Shown here in pieces: positions 16,748 through 24,774 of a stretch of 27,152 bases of DNA. The DNA lies in assembly GCA_034723395.1 (NCBI GenBank), contig JAYEOW010000045.1:1-27152 (forward strand), read 5' to 3'. Under the pieces are notes generated by a model. That model saw nothing but the letters and a program-made list of their open reading frames with translations, searched no databases and was not told where the DNA came from. The first letter of the stretch is position 1; each line of letters starts with the position of its first letter. The DNA comes from Candidatus Margulisiibacteriota bacterium. Its GTDB lineage: Bacteria > Margulisbacteria > WOR-1 > O2-12-FULL-45-9. Both the position numbers and the translations under genes were made by a program.

Positions 16748-19015
16748 ATGCCAATATATCGAGTTCAAAAATTTATCTACGGTCTTTCCCAGAGCAGGTT
16801 CGCAAACCGAATGCTGGATGGGTTTGGCGAGGCGGTCCGTCTGCTCCGCATCCCCTATGCTACCAGCTTAACGCGCAATAAGGCCAAAATGTGGATTTCC
16901 CAAAGCCCGGATGAAGTCCGGCAGGCTAAAAAAGCACTTCTCAAAGCCAACCGGCTTCGCGCTTATCAGGCGGCCTATAAACTTGGGAAAAACCATTTCA
17001 GGGAAATCGATATTCTCACACCTGCACCCGAAGCAAGTCAATTCGCAACACCACCCGTCTCCTCTATCATTTCCATCCAGGATATCGCTGGGGAAATTAC
17101 CGAAGAGCCCACCGGCAGACCGCTGACCGGGTTAACCCAGATGATCTCCCGGATGCGCGGACCTATCAAAGAAGGGAAGAACGGAGCCCAAGTGTATAAG
17201 GTCAGCGAAGGAAGCGTGGTGAACGATTTTCGGCTACAGCAGGCAAGCAGAAAAATAGTATTGGACGATGCCAAACCCGCAAGTCCTGAACAGCTAAGAG
17301 AATTCTTGGGAGATGCCGCATTTGAGCGGGCAATCGACGGATTAAAGCAAGCCATCGAAAGCGGAGAAAAAAATCCCCGCATAGGCAAGGAGCTGGAACA
17401 AGACATCATCGAGGCATGCAAACAGATCCAGGAAAGAAAACGGGCGGAATTAACTGTTTTTTATAGAGAAAAGGGGTTCGATCTTGCCTTTGAGAATCAT
17501 TCCGTCGCCAGTGTTTTTTACTGTTGGCTGGCAGAGGCCCACAAACAAGAATTTATCCAGGAATGGACCCGCACACCTTTTAACTATGATCGACTTATTG
17601 ACATAGCTAAAACATTTTACCGCCACCTCGTTTCTTACCATGCGGCACGGGATAAAGCTTCCGAAGGCCAGCTTCCGGCGCTCGAGGAAAGATATGAGCG
17701 CATTGCGACCCCGCGGGAACCTTTTTATGCCGACCTTCTAATAAAAGACAGGATCAAAAAATTGTCCGACACAGCACAATTGGCAGCCGTCTTAAAGGGG
17801 CTGGTTCATGAATGCCTGGCTCCTTCGGGCGTAGCAAAATCAGACATTGATAAACTTCCAAATTCCCCTGCTAAATTAAGAAGTTTCTTCAAGGCTTCAA
17901 GCCGGGCCGCGCGTAAAGCCGCTACTCCGGAAAAAAGCGCCGAAGCGATAATGGAATGCCTGTGGGACGAGACAAGCGACAGGAAATATATCCGCACCGC
18001 GGCTTTTGCTGCCGCCGCAGCCATCCTTGGCGGCACCAACTGGGGTATCCGCTGGGGGCTCAGTAACGGTTACATAAAAGATAAAAAACAAAAAAGAGCT
18101 CAACACTTAAATGAACTAGGGAAATCCTTACTGCAAGGCGCCAAAATTACGCCAGCCCATACCGCAGATGGTGATTTTTACTTTTATTTTCGCATCCACA
18201 GCACAAAAGATTATTACGCTCCCGAAAGGATTAGGCTGGGACAAAAAACAGTGAAGGAGCTCCACAAAAAATTCCCAGATTTAATATTTGCGCCGGAATT
18301 GATGCTTAAATATTCATCAAAAACCAAGGGTTTTGTAGAAAAAGATTATAAAGATCATGTCCAAGACTTAGGCATGATGTCCATTTCAGGAAAATCCTCA
18401 AAATATATAATCGAAAACAACATTCCACTACTAATGCTGGACGCAAGACTCCCATCTTCCCTGGATACGGGCGCCCTAGATAAACGCGAAAGGCCCTTCT
18501 CCGCCAGGGACTGGGCATTTTACGCCCCGCCACTGGCCTGGGGAACAGCACTTGCCCTTCTTTTCACCAATAATAAAGGCGACAAACCGGCGATAACCCG
18601 GAGAAGATTTCTGGGGGTCCTGGGGTTTGGAGCAGCAGAAACTATCTTCAATACCGCCCATTACCGGAGAAACTGGGGACCTGAAAAATGGCTGGATCCA
18701 TTCACCATCCAATTCAGGAACGCCCTATTTGCCTACAAATTACTGGTTTGGTCCAGAAGGTATAAAGAAAAACACGGCAAAAAACCCAAGCTTCTTATTA
18801 CATTCGGCGCGGCTCACGGCGATATCGTAAAAAACCTAAAAAAAGGTGAAGAATACAATTTAAAAATTATCCGCAGGCTGGGAAAGACTTATGGATACAC
18901 CCAAAGTTTACTCGGAGACCAAATTTGCAGCGCCCACTATTATACTCCCAACAAGGGAAAAGTTCAGGACAAGGTAGCCAGGTTCCCAAAACTCAAGTCC
19001 GCCATCCCCCACTAA
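16748..19015 (+). CDS. Large hypothetical protein; C-terminal domain possibly TraB/TIKI-like
   Basis: 755-aa ORF with helical N-half, internal hydrophobic segments and H/E/RN/GAAH motifs in the C-half. Confidence 0.75.
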   Translation: MPIYRVQKFIYGLSQSRFANRMLDGFGEAVRLLRIPYATSLTRNKAKMWISQSPDEVRQAKKALLKANRLRAYQAAYKLGKNHFREIDILTPAPEASQFATPPVSSIISIQDIAGEITEEPTGRPLTGLTQMISRMRGPIKEGKNGAQVYKVSEGSVVNDFRLQQASRKIVLDDAKPASPEQLREFLGDAAFERAIDGLKQAIESGEKNPRIGKELEQDIIEACKQIQERKRAELTVFYREKGFDLAFENHSVASVFYCWLAEAHKQEFIQEWTRTPFNYDRLIDIAKTFYRHLVSYHAARDKASEGQLPALEERYERIATPREPFYADLLIKDRIKKLSDTAQLAAVLKGLVHECLAPSGVAKSDIDKLPNSPAKLRSFFKASSRAARKAATPEKSAEAIMECLWDETSDRKYIRTAAFAAAAAILGGTNWGIRWGLSNGYIKDKKQKRAQHLNELGKSLLQGAKITPAHTADGDFYFYFRIHSTKDYYAPERIRLGQKTVKELHKKFPDLIFAPELMLKYSSKTKGFVEKDYKDHVQDLGMMSISGKSSKYIIENNIPLLMLDARLPSSLDTGALDKRERPFSARDWAFYAPPLAWGTALALLFTNNKGDKPAITRRRFLGVLGFGAAETIFNTAHYRRNWGPEKWLDPFTIQFRNALFAYKLLVWSRRYKEKHGKKPKLLITFGAAHGDIVKNLKKGEEYNLKIIRRLGKTYGYTQSLLGDQICSAHYYTPNKGKVQDKVARFPKLKSAIPH

Positions 19016-19018
19016 CCA

Positions 19019-20488
19019 TCATTCGTGGAAAACCTCAGCAGAGAACCGATATAAAACCGCATTCTTCTCTTTCCAGGAATCCTTGGCAAGACGGGCCTTA
19101 TAACAGACATTTTCCAAAAACTCTTCCCTGCCCCATCCCTGATCAATTGCTACCTGAGGAAGGAGCAACCCGGAATGATCCCCTTTAATAATATAAAGGC
19201 CATCTCTTCCGGTCTCGATCTCATCAACATCATAAACTCTTTCCAATCTTGAAAGAGCGGAGATCTCTATATTGATATCTCTCAATTCACTTTTCGTAAC
19301 CTCAGGAAAACGCGCATCCCTTACCGCTGCAGCGATCACCATCTCCTGGACCGCCTCCGCTAACGGTTTACGCGGCTGGATATATCCGATACATCCCCTT
19401 AACTTCCCGTTTTTATTTAGGGTGACGAATACACCCCGCCTATCAGTTAAGGGCCCATCAATTTTAACCTCAGGAACTTCGTTTTTCGTTATATAGTTAC
19501 TCAAAGTCCTCCTGGCAATTCTCAACAGCTCTCGCTTATCACTCTTTAATAAAGGTGCCGATTCATAAAGATAGGCAATCGAGGCATATCCGACCACTTT
19601 CGATTTGTCACCTGAAACATCACCTGAGTTTGCATACTGCAATAAGACCGTTTTATTCGCCCCCAGCGTTGGAGCAAGCAGCATGGTCGTAATAACCGCC
19701 GGAGCAGCACACGCCTCGCTGCTCCTCCTCCCTATTAAATTTATAAATCCTTCGACATCGTTATTTAAAACCGCCCTGATCCCCTTTTTGTCCATTCTGA
19801 CCGCCGTATCGTAATCATGATAATGCGACCAATCGGTGCTGCAGATTATTAGTGTCTCATCGTCCGCATATTTTGCCAGCGACATAGCAAGGACCTGGCA
19901 GTTCAGGAGAGAAGGGTTGCCAAAAATAATTGGAACGATTTTATAACCCTTCTTCAATACCTTCTGCAGAAAAGGGAGCTGGACCTCCAGTGAATGCTCC
20001 TTTTTATGCGCCTCCGGAAGGAAACCTATCTTCGGACTGCTTTCGACCAATTGCCTGGCAAATTCACGGTCAACTTTAATCCTTCCCAGCGGAGTTTTAT
20101 AATAATCATATTCCGCTACCGAAATCCCGTCAAAGCTTTGGTAATGGCTCGAACCCATCAGGATAACTCTTTTATATTTTTCCCCTTCGAGCTCCTTATA
20201 CCCATAAGCGGCAATTTGGCCGGAATACATTAGGCCGGCGTGGGGAACGATCATAGCAATGAGCCTCCCTTTCAACCGCCGATACTGGACATTCTCCAAA
20301 CAGTAATCGATCTGCTTCGAAAGGGCCTGCTTATCTTTTGGATAGAACATGTCCGCTACAGCTGGTTTACGAACATCGGCGAAGAAGGCGTCGGCTTGAG
20401 AAGCGAACAACCAATACAAAACGAAGAAAAAAATTGCAAATCCTAACCGTAAATCCCTCACCCAGAGTTTTTCCTGCCGTCCAATCAT
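19019..20488 (-). CDS. amrB: AmmeMemoRadiSam system protein B (MEMO1) fused to protein A (AMMECR1), with N-terminal signal peptide
   Basis: R.PAVA..FYP, VPHAG..YSG, EHSLEVQLPFLQ, STDWSHY, SGDVSG...VVGY, then GVFVTL...LRGCIG and GLLLPQVA. Start uncertain: TTG 20569, ATG 20488 or GTG 20461. Confidence 0.92.
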   Translation of the reverse strand: MIGRQEKLWVRDLRLGFAIFFFVLYWLFASQADAFFADVRKPAVADMFYPKDKQALSKQIDYCLENVQYRRLKGRLIAMIVPHAGLMYSGQIAAYGYKELEGEKYKRVILMGSSHYQSFDGISVAEYDYYKTPLGRIKVDREFARQLVESSPKIGFLPEAHKKEHSLEVQLPFLQKVLKKGYKIVPIIFGNPSLLNCQVLAMSLAKYADDETLIICSTDWSHYHDYDTAVRMDKKGIRAVLNNDVEGFINLIGRRSSEACAAPAVITTMLLAPTLGANKTVLLQYANSGDVSGDKSKVVGYASIAYLYESAPLLKSDKRELLRIARRTLSNYITKNEVPEVKIDGPLTDRRGVFVTLNKNGKLRGCIGYIQPRKPLAEAVQEMVIAAAVRDARFPEVTKSELRDINIEISALSRLERVYDVDEIETGRDGLYIIKGDHSGLLLPQVAIDQGWGREEFLENVCYKARLAKDSWKEKNAVLYRFSAEVFHE

Positions 20489-20561
20489 CCAATACGTCCC
20501 TCTCCCTTTGGGAGAGGGAGAATAACTATTGGCTAAAGAATTGTTGGGTGAGGGCTTTACG
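20448..20561. repeat. REP/CIR-like palindromic element, copy 2
   Basis: IR CGTAAATCCCTCACCCA (20448-20464)/TGGGTGAGGGCTTTACG (20545-20561), 16 of 17 matching. Central hairpin TCCCTCTCCC-ttt-GGGAGAGGGA (20497-20519). Confidence 0.85.
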
Positions 20562-20565
20562 TTTA

Positions 20566-21705
20566 TCAATTCCACACCCCCGGTATCCTCTCCCCGCAAT
20601 ATTTACATCTTCCGTTTACCAAATTATTCTCGATAACCGAAAATCCTTTTCGTTTGATCACTACCCTCTTGCAGTTCGGGCAAACCGTATCTTCATGGAT
20701 ATGGCCATAGACATTTCCGATATAAACATAATTCAACCGCTCTCCCTTCGCGATCTTATAAGCCATCTCTAATGTTTTTATGGATGTCGGAGGAACACCT
20801 TTCAACCTATAATTCGGATGAAAAGCGGAGAAATAGATCGGGACATTGGGCCCCAGCTCCTTTTTGATCCATTTACACATCTTCCTGATCATCTTCGGGT
20901 CATCATTTTTACCTGGAATAATTAAATTGGTGATCTCCAGCCAAACTCCTTCCTTTTTGATCGTTTTCAAAGTTTCCAAAACCGGCTGCAGCCTTCCATA
21001 ACACATTTTCTGATAATACCCTTCGGAAAAGCCCTTTAGATCGACGTTTGCAGCATCCATGTACCGGAGCAATTCCTTCAACGGTTTTGGATTAATATAT
21101 CCGCACGAGTGCATAACATTCTTAATCTTGTGTTTCTTTGCTAATTTAGCGGTATCCAGCATATATTCATAAAAAATGGTCGGTTCAGTATAAGTATACG
21201 CAATCGAGGGTGTTTTATATCTCTTAGCCAGCGCAACTAGATCATCCGGGAAAAAATTTCCATGCTCAGTATCTTCCGGCAGGGTTTGTGAGATCTGCCA
21301 GTTCTGGCAAAAGATACAGCCTAAGTTACAGCCGGCGGTAGCGATCGAAAGTACCGGGGTTCCTGGAAGAAAATGAGATAATGGCTTCTTCTCGATCGGA
21401 TCGACATGCACCGCGATCGGTTTTCCGTAAACCAAAGAATACAGTTTCCCGTTAATATTGATCCTAACCCCGCACTTCCCTCTGGCAAGATTGGGGAGAA
21501 CACACATATTTGGACATAATTGGCACTGAACAATATCCCCTTCTAGTTTTTTCCAGTATCTGGCATCAAACTTCGAAAGATTATTCTCCCGGATCATTTT
21601 GAGAGCATCGGAGGCCTTTGAAAACGGGGAGGTGAATTGGATGGCATAAACAACACCGACCGCGATAAAGATCGAACAAATTACCGCTATTACATATCTG
21701 CGCAT
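20566..21705 (-). CDS. amrS: AmmeMemoRadiSam system radical SAM enzyme with N-terminal hydrophobic leader
   Basis: CQLCP..C...G.CGVR, DPIEKKPL.HF.PG, GCNLGCIFCQNW (CxxxCxxC), YTYTEP, YVYIGN and CPNC...CKYC motifs. Confidence 0.95.
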   Translation of the reverse strand: MRRYVIAVICSIFIAVGVVYAIQFTSPFSKASDALKMIRENNLSKFDARYWKKLEGDIVQCQLCPNMCVLPNLARGKCGVRININGKLYSLVYGKPIAVHVDPIEKKPLSHFLPGTPVLSIATAGCNLGCIFCQNWQISQTLPEDTEHGNFFPDDLVALAKRYKTPSIAYTYTEPTIFYEYMLDTAKLAKKHKIKNVMHSCGYINPKPLKELLRYMDAANVDLKGFSEGYYQKMCYGRLQPVLETLKTIKKEGVWLEITNLIIPGKNDDPKMIRKMCKWIKKELGPNVPIYFSAFHPNYRLKGVPPTSIKTLEMAYKIAKGERLNYVYIGNVYGHIHEDTVCPNCKRVVIKRKGFSVIENNLVNGRCKYCGERIPGVWN

Positions 21706-21714
21706 TTCCCGTAA

Positions 21715-21723
21715 ATCATAGCA
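21715..21723 (-). promoter_or_regulatory. Extended -10 promoter for amrS (very short or no leader)
   Basis: Minus-strand TGCTATGAT, 9 nt before ATG 21705. Confidence 0.55.
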
Positions 21724-21739
21724 TTTATAAAAAATAATG

Positions 21740-21767
21740 TGAAATCCCCGCTTTTACTGAACGATAA
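21740..21767 (+). promoter_or_regulatory. Sigma28-like promoter motif, copy 3
   Basis: TGAAAT-ccccgcttttactgaa-CGATAA upstream of orphan ORF 21785. Confidence 0.7.
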
Positions 21768-21784
21768 TAGGGAGAGGCAAAACA

Positions 21785-22063
21785 ATGATAAATAAAACAA
21801 GTATAAAATATAATCCACAAATAAAGCGCTTAAAACCAGGATTAAAACGCAAACCATTACACTTGTCCGCAAAATCAACAAGACTTTTAAACCTTATTTA
21901 TAAATATTCGCCTGCAGGCAACTTAATCGACATCGCCAGAAACCAGAAAAGGCTTGCAGAGTTTAATAAAGAGGCGGCAAAACTAGGATACCAGCTTACG
22001 ATTGATCATGATGCAATCGTCCCCCCAAAGGCATTAACCCCGGTTCGCTTAAGTAAAATCTAA
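21785..22063 (+). CDS. Small basic hypothetical protein
   Basis: 92-aa ORF with SD-like GGGAGAGG (21770-21777) and the shared upstream promoter motif. Confidence 0.65.
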   Translation: MINKTSIKYNPQIKRLKPGLKRKPLHLSAKSTRLLNLIYKYSPAGNLIDIARNQKRLAEFNKEAAKLGYQLTIDHDAIVPPKALTPVRLSKI

Positions 22064-22097
22064 CTCCCTGCCCACTGTTGAGATCTCGACACCATAA

Positions 22098-22228
22098 ATT
22101 AACTTACAACACGCTCACTACGTTCGCTACAACTTACGACTCACAACTATTTATTATAATATCAGTAAATAATAGTTGTTGGTTGTAGGTCCGCCTTTGG
22201 CGGACCGTGTCGTGAGTTGTTAGTTAAT
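22098..22228. repeat. Inverted pair of heptamer arrays, each interrupted by a small insert
   Basis: Left arm attaacttacaacac[gctcactacgttcgc]tacaacttacgactcacaactattt. Right arm, reverse-complemented: attaactaacaactcacgacac[ggtccgccaaaggcggacc]tacaaccaacaactatt. Confidence 0.8.
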
Positions 22229-22283
22229 ATTGGCAATAAGATTGCTTATACCCTACTAATAAAGTATAGAGGGGGTGAAAAAC

Positions 22284-22646
22284 ATGGGAGGTTTAAACAG
22301 ATCGATCTTAGCTGGCAGGCTGGTGGCAGATCCGGAGGTCCGTTATACGAAAACAGAAAAAGCAGTTACTCATTTCCGTTTAGCAATTAACGGCAGAAAG
22401 AACGAGGATGCAGTTTTCGTCAATTGTGTAGCCTGGAACGGATTAGCCAAGATCTGCGGTGAATACCTGAAAAAAGGGAGATTAGTCGCGGTTGAAGGGA
22501 GGCTCCAGATCAAGAGCTACAAGGACAAGAATGGTCAGCAAAAACAATCTACCGAAATAGTGGTAGATAACATGCAAATGCTCGATTCCAAGTTCCACAA
22601 AGCTGCGTCCAAGGCGAACGATAAAGAAGAGCTCGTCCAGATCTAA
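22284..22646 (+). CDS. ssb: Single-stranded DNA-binding protein, short form
   Basis: LNRSILAGRLVADPEVRYT, CVAW..LA....YL.KG.LVAVEGRLQ and TEIVV motifs. ATG 22284 preferred because GGGGGTG lies upstream as SD. Confidence 0.93.
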   Translation: MGGLNRSILAGRLVADPEVRYTKTEKAVTHFRLAINGRKNEDAVFVNCVAWNGLAKICGEYLKKGRLVAVEGRLQIKSYKDKNGQQKQSTEIVVDNMQMLDSKFHKAASKANDKEELVQI

Positions 22647-22653
22647 CTCACCT

Positions 22654-22685
22654 ACCCCCGGATAGTATCCTCACTATTCGGGGGT
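22654..22685 (+). terminator. Stem-loop after ssb (possible terminator, weak U-tract)
   Basis: ACCCCCGGATAGT-atcctc-ACTATTCGGGGGT. Confidence 0.55.
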
Positions 22686-22713
22686 TGTCCCTTCATAATG
22701 TGGATGTTATAAT
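22685..22713 (+). promoter_or_regulatory. Sigma70 promoter with extended -10, probable leaderless transcript
   Basis: TTGTCC, 17 bp (ending TGT), TATAAT, 6 nt, ATG 22720. Confidence 0.7.
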
Positions 22714-22719
22714 TTTACG

Positions 22720-23370
22720 ATGCTCCGTAAATTAATTATTGTTTTTCTACTTACCGTCCTAACGGGAGGTTTTGCCATGGCGGCAAGAATTATCGACCTT
22801 CCAAAACCAAACATTATCAGCAAAACCTCACTGGAAGAGTCGATCTACCGCCGCCGCTCCGAGCGCAGTTTTTCTACTAAAGAGATCTCTGACCGACAGC
22901 TTTCACAGATCCTCTGGGCGGCACAAGGGATCACCGACACCTCTTTTGGTTTTCGCTCTGCCCCCTCTGCCGGCGCTTTATATCCGCTCCACATTTATGT
23001 AGTAAAAAAAGATGGCGTTTTCCGATATATCCCCGACGGCCATAAGCTGCTTCAACTGGCAAGTGGAGATAAACGCCCTTCAATTGTTCGTGCATCACTC
23101 GGGCAGTCGGCAATCAAAGAGGCCCCGGTAAGCCTGGTCATCTCCGCCAACTTTGCCGTTACCCAGGCAAAATACGGTCCGCGCGCTTTCCGTTATGTCT
23201 GCATGGAAATCGGACACGTCGCCGAGAATGTTCATTTGCAAGCCGTCGCTCTGGGTTTAGGTTCGGTGCCACTGGGCGCTTTTTGGGACGATGTTATAAA
23301 AAGCACCTTAGAGCTCCCCGAAAACCAGGATCCGCTTTATATTATTCCAATCGGCCACATTAATAGATGA
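22720..23370 (+). CDS. SagB/ThcOx-family FMN nitroreductase-like dehydrogenase with N-terminal signal peptide
   Basis: LP.P, RRRS.R.F, LWAAQG, R.APSAGALYP and E.GH.AEN..LQA.ALGLG...GAF.D motifs. Confidence 0.9.
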   Translation: MLRKLIIVFLLTVLTGGFAMAARIIDLPKPNIISKTSLEESIYRRRSERSFSTKEISDRQLSQILWAAQGITDTSFGFRSAPSAGALYPLHIYVVKKDGVFRYIPDGHKLLQLASGDKRPSIVRASLGQSAIKEAPVSLVISANFAVTQAKYGPRAFRYVCMEIGHVAENVHLQAVALGLGSVPLGAFWDDVIKSTLELPENQDPLYIIPIGHINR

Positions 23371-24263
23371 AAAAAAGACGAAGCAAAATAGACTTCGCGA
23401 GAGTTCTTGCGTTTTTTGTAGTTCTGATCGCAATTGTGTATTTCTATATCAATATCTTCTCCCCGACTTCGGTCCCCAAGGCATTTCGCATCGGCCTCTT
23501 GAGAAAACCGGTCAATATCTTAGTACTTGGAACTGATATTACTTATGATCGCAAGACCCTAAAACCGATGCCCGACCGCAAAGGACGCGCCGACACAATC
23601 TTATTAGCGCATATTGATCCGGCCAAAGAAAAAATCAGTGTCCTGTCGGTCCCGCGCGATACGCTGGTAGATATCCCAAGTTATGGTAAACAGAAGATCA
23701 ATTTCGCCAACGCCTGGGGCGGACTTGAATTGACCAAACAGATCATTACTGAGATAACTGGCAAAAAGATCGATTATTTTGTCGAAGTAAAGCCAACCGC
23801 AGTCACTAAATTGATCGACGTTCTAGGAGGAGTTACCCTTTATGTCGACGTTAATATGCGCTACCGTGACCGGGCCCAAGGGCTGAACATCGACCTTAAA
23901 AAAGGCTGGCAAAAGCTCTCCGGCAAGCAGGCGCACGATTATATCCGCTATCGCGATAATTTCCGCGGTGATATTGTAAGGATCGAACACCAGCAGAATT
24001 TTATTAAAGCGGTCGCAAAAGAAATTATAAAACCGTCTAAAATTTTCAGGGCCCCGCAGGCGCTATACACCGCGATGCAGGAAATCAAGACCGACCTGCC
24101 GGCATCAAAGATCATCCGCCTGCTCAATATGTCGCGGATGCTGTCGATCGATGACATCTATACGGTAATGATCCCCGGCGACGTAACAATGGAAGCCGGG
24201 GTAGGATCAGTCTGGGTCCCCGACCAAGTAGCGTTTGAAAAAGAGCTTAACCAATACTTTTGA
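23367..24263 (+). CDS. LCP (LytR-CpsA-Psr) family protein
   Basis: N-terminal TM, NILVLGTD, RADTI, SVPRDT, KINFA, YIRYR and GDIVRIEHQQ motifs. Confidence 0.93.
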   Translation: MKKRRSKIDFARVLAFFVVLIAIVYFYINIFSPTSVPKAFRIGLLRKPVNILVLGTDITYDRKTLKPMPDRKGRADTILLAHIDPAKEKISVLSVPRDTLVDIPSYGKQKINFANAWGGLELTKQIITEITGKKIDYFVEVKPTAVTKLIDVLGGVTLYVDVNMRYRDRAQGLNIDLKKGWQKLSGKQAHDYIRYRDNFRGDIVRIEHQQNFIKAVAKEIIKPSKIFRAPQALYTAMQEIKTDLPASKIIRLLNMSRMLSIDDIYTVMIPGDVTMEAGVGSVWVPDQVAFEKELNQYF

Positions 24264-24774
24264 TCGAGGGGAGATTCCTCATCTTCTCGGCAAAATCGAG
24301 CCCGTATCCTACAATAAATTTGTCCGGAACTTCAAACCCTTGGTAAGCGATCGAAACATCCACCTCCCGCCTGCTCGTTTTATTCAATAACGTGCAAACA
24401 CGAACACTCCTGGCCTTTTTAGATTTAATAAACTTAAACAAATAATCCATGGTATACCCATAATCAACAATATCTTCAATAATTAAAACATGCTTCCCCG
24501 CGATTGGCAGGTCGATATCCTTTTTTATCTTAATGGCCCCGGAGGATGTTTTGGATGTCCCGTAACTCGAAACCTGGATAAAATCAAGTTCGACCGGAAG
24601 ATCGATCTCCCTTAAAAGGTCCGCCAAAAAAATAACCGACCCTTTAAGGATTCCCACCAAGACCAATTTCTTGCCCTTATAATCACGGGAGATCTGACAG
24701 CCAAGCTCTCTTACTCTTTTTCTGATCTTTGATGAACTGATAAGTGTTTTTGCGGGCCTATTTTTTTGTGCCAT
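24247..24774 (-). CDS. hpt: Hypoxanthine phosphoribosyltransferase
   Basis: VGILKGS..FLADL, SSYG, VLIIEDIVDYG.T and FIVGYGLD motifs. Confidence 0.95.
   Translation of the reverse strand: MAQKNRPAKTLISSSKIRKRVRELGCQISRDYKGKKLVLVGILKGSVIFLADLLREIDLPVELDFIQVSSYGTSKTSSGAIKIKKDIDLPIAGKHVLIIEDIVDYGYTMDYLFKFIKSKKARSVRVCTLLNKTSRREVDVSIAYQGFEVPDKFIVGYGLDFAEKMRNLPSIKSIG

Noticed and set aside
21690..21881. 63-aa hydrophobic minus-strand ORF
   Set aside because: Antisense to the Lys-rich ORF 21785, which has the SD and shared promoter, and it runs across the amrS promoter.
22720..23370. RiPP (azole) biosynthetic cluster suggested by SagB plus radical SAM
   Set aside because: No YcaO cyclodehydratase or Cys/Ser/Thr-rich precursor is seen; standalone SagB-type proteins are common.
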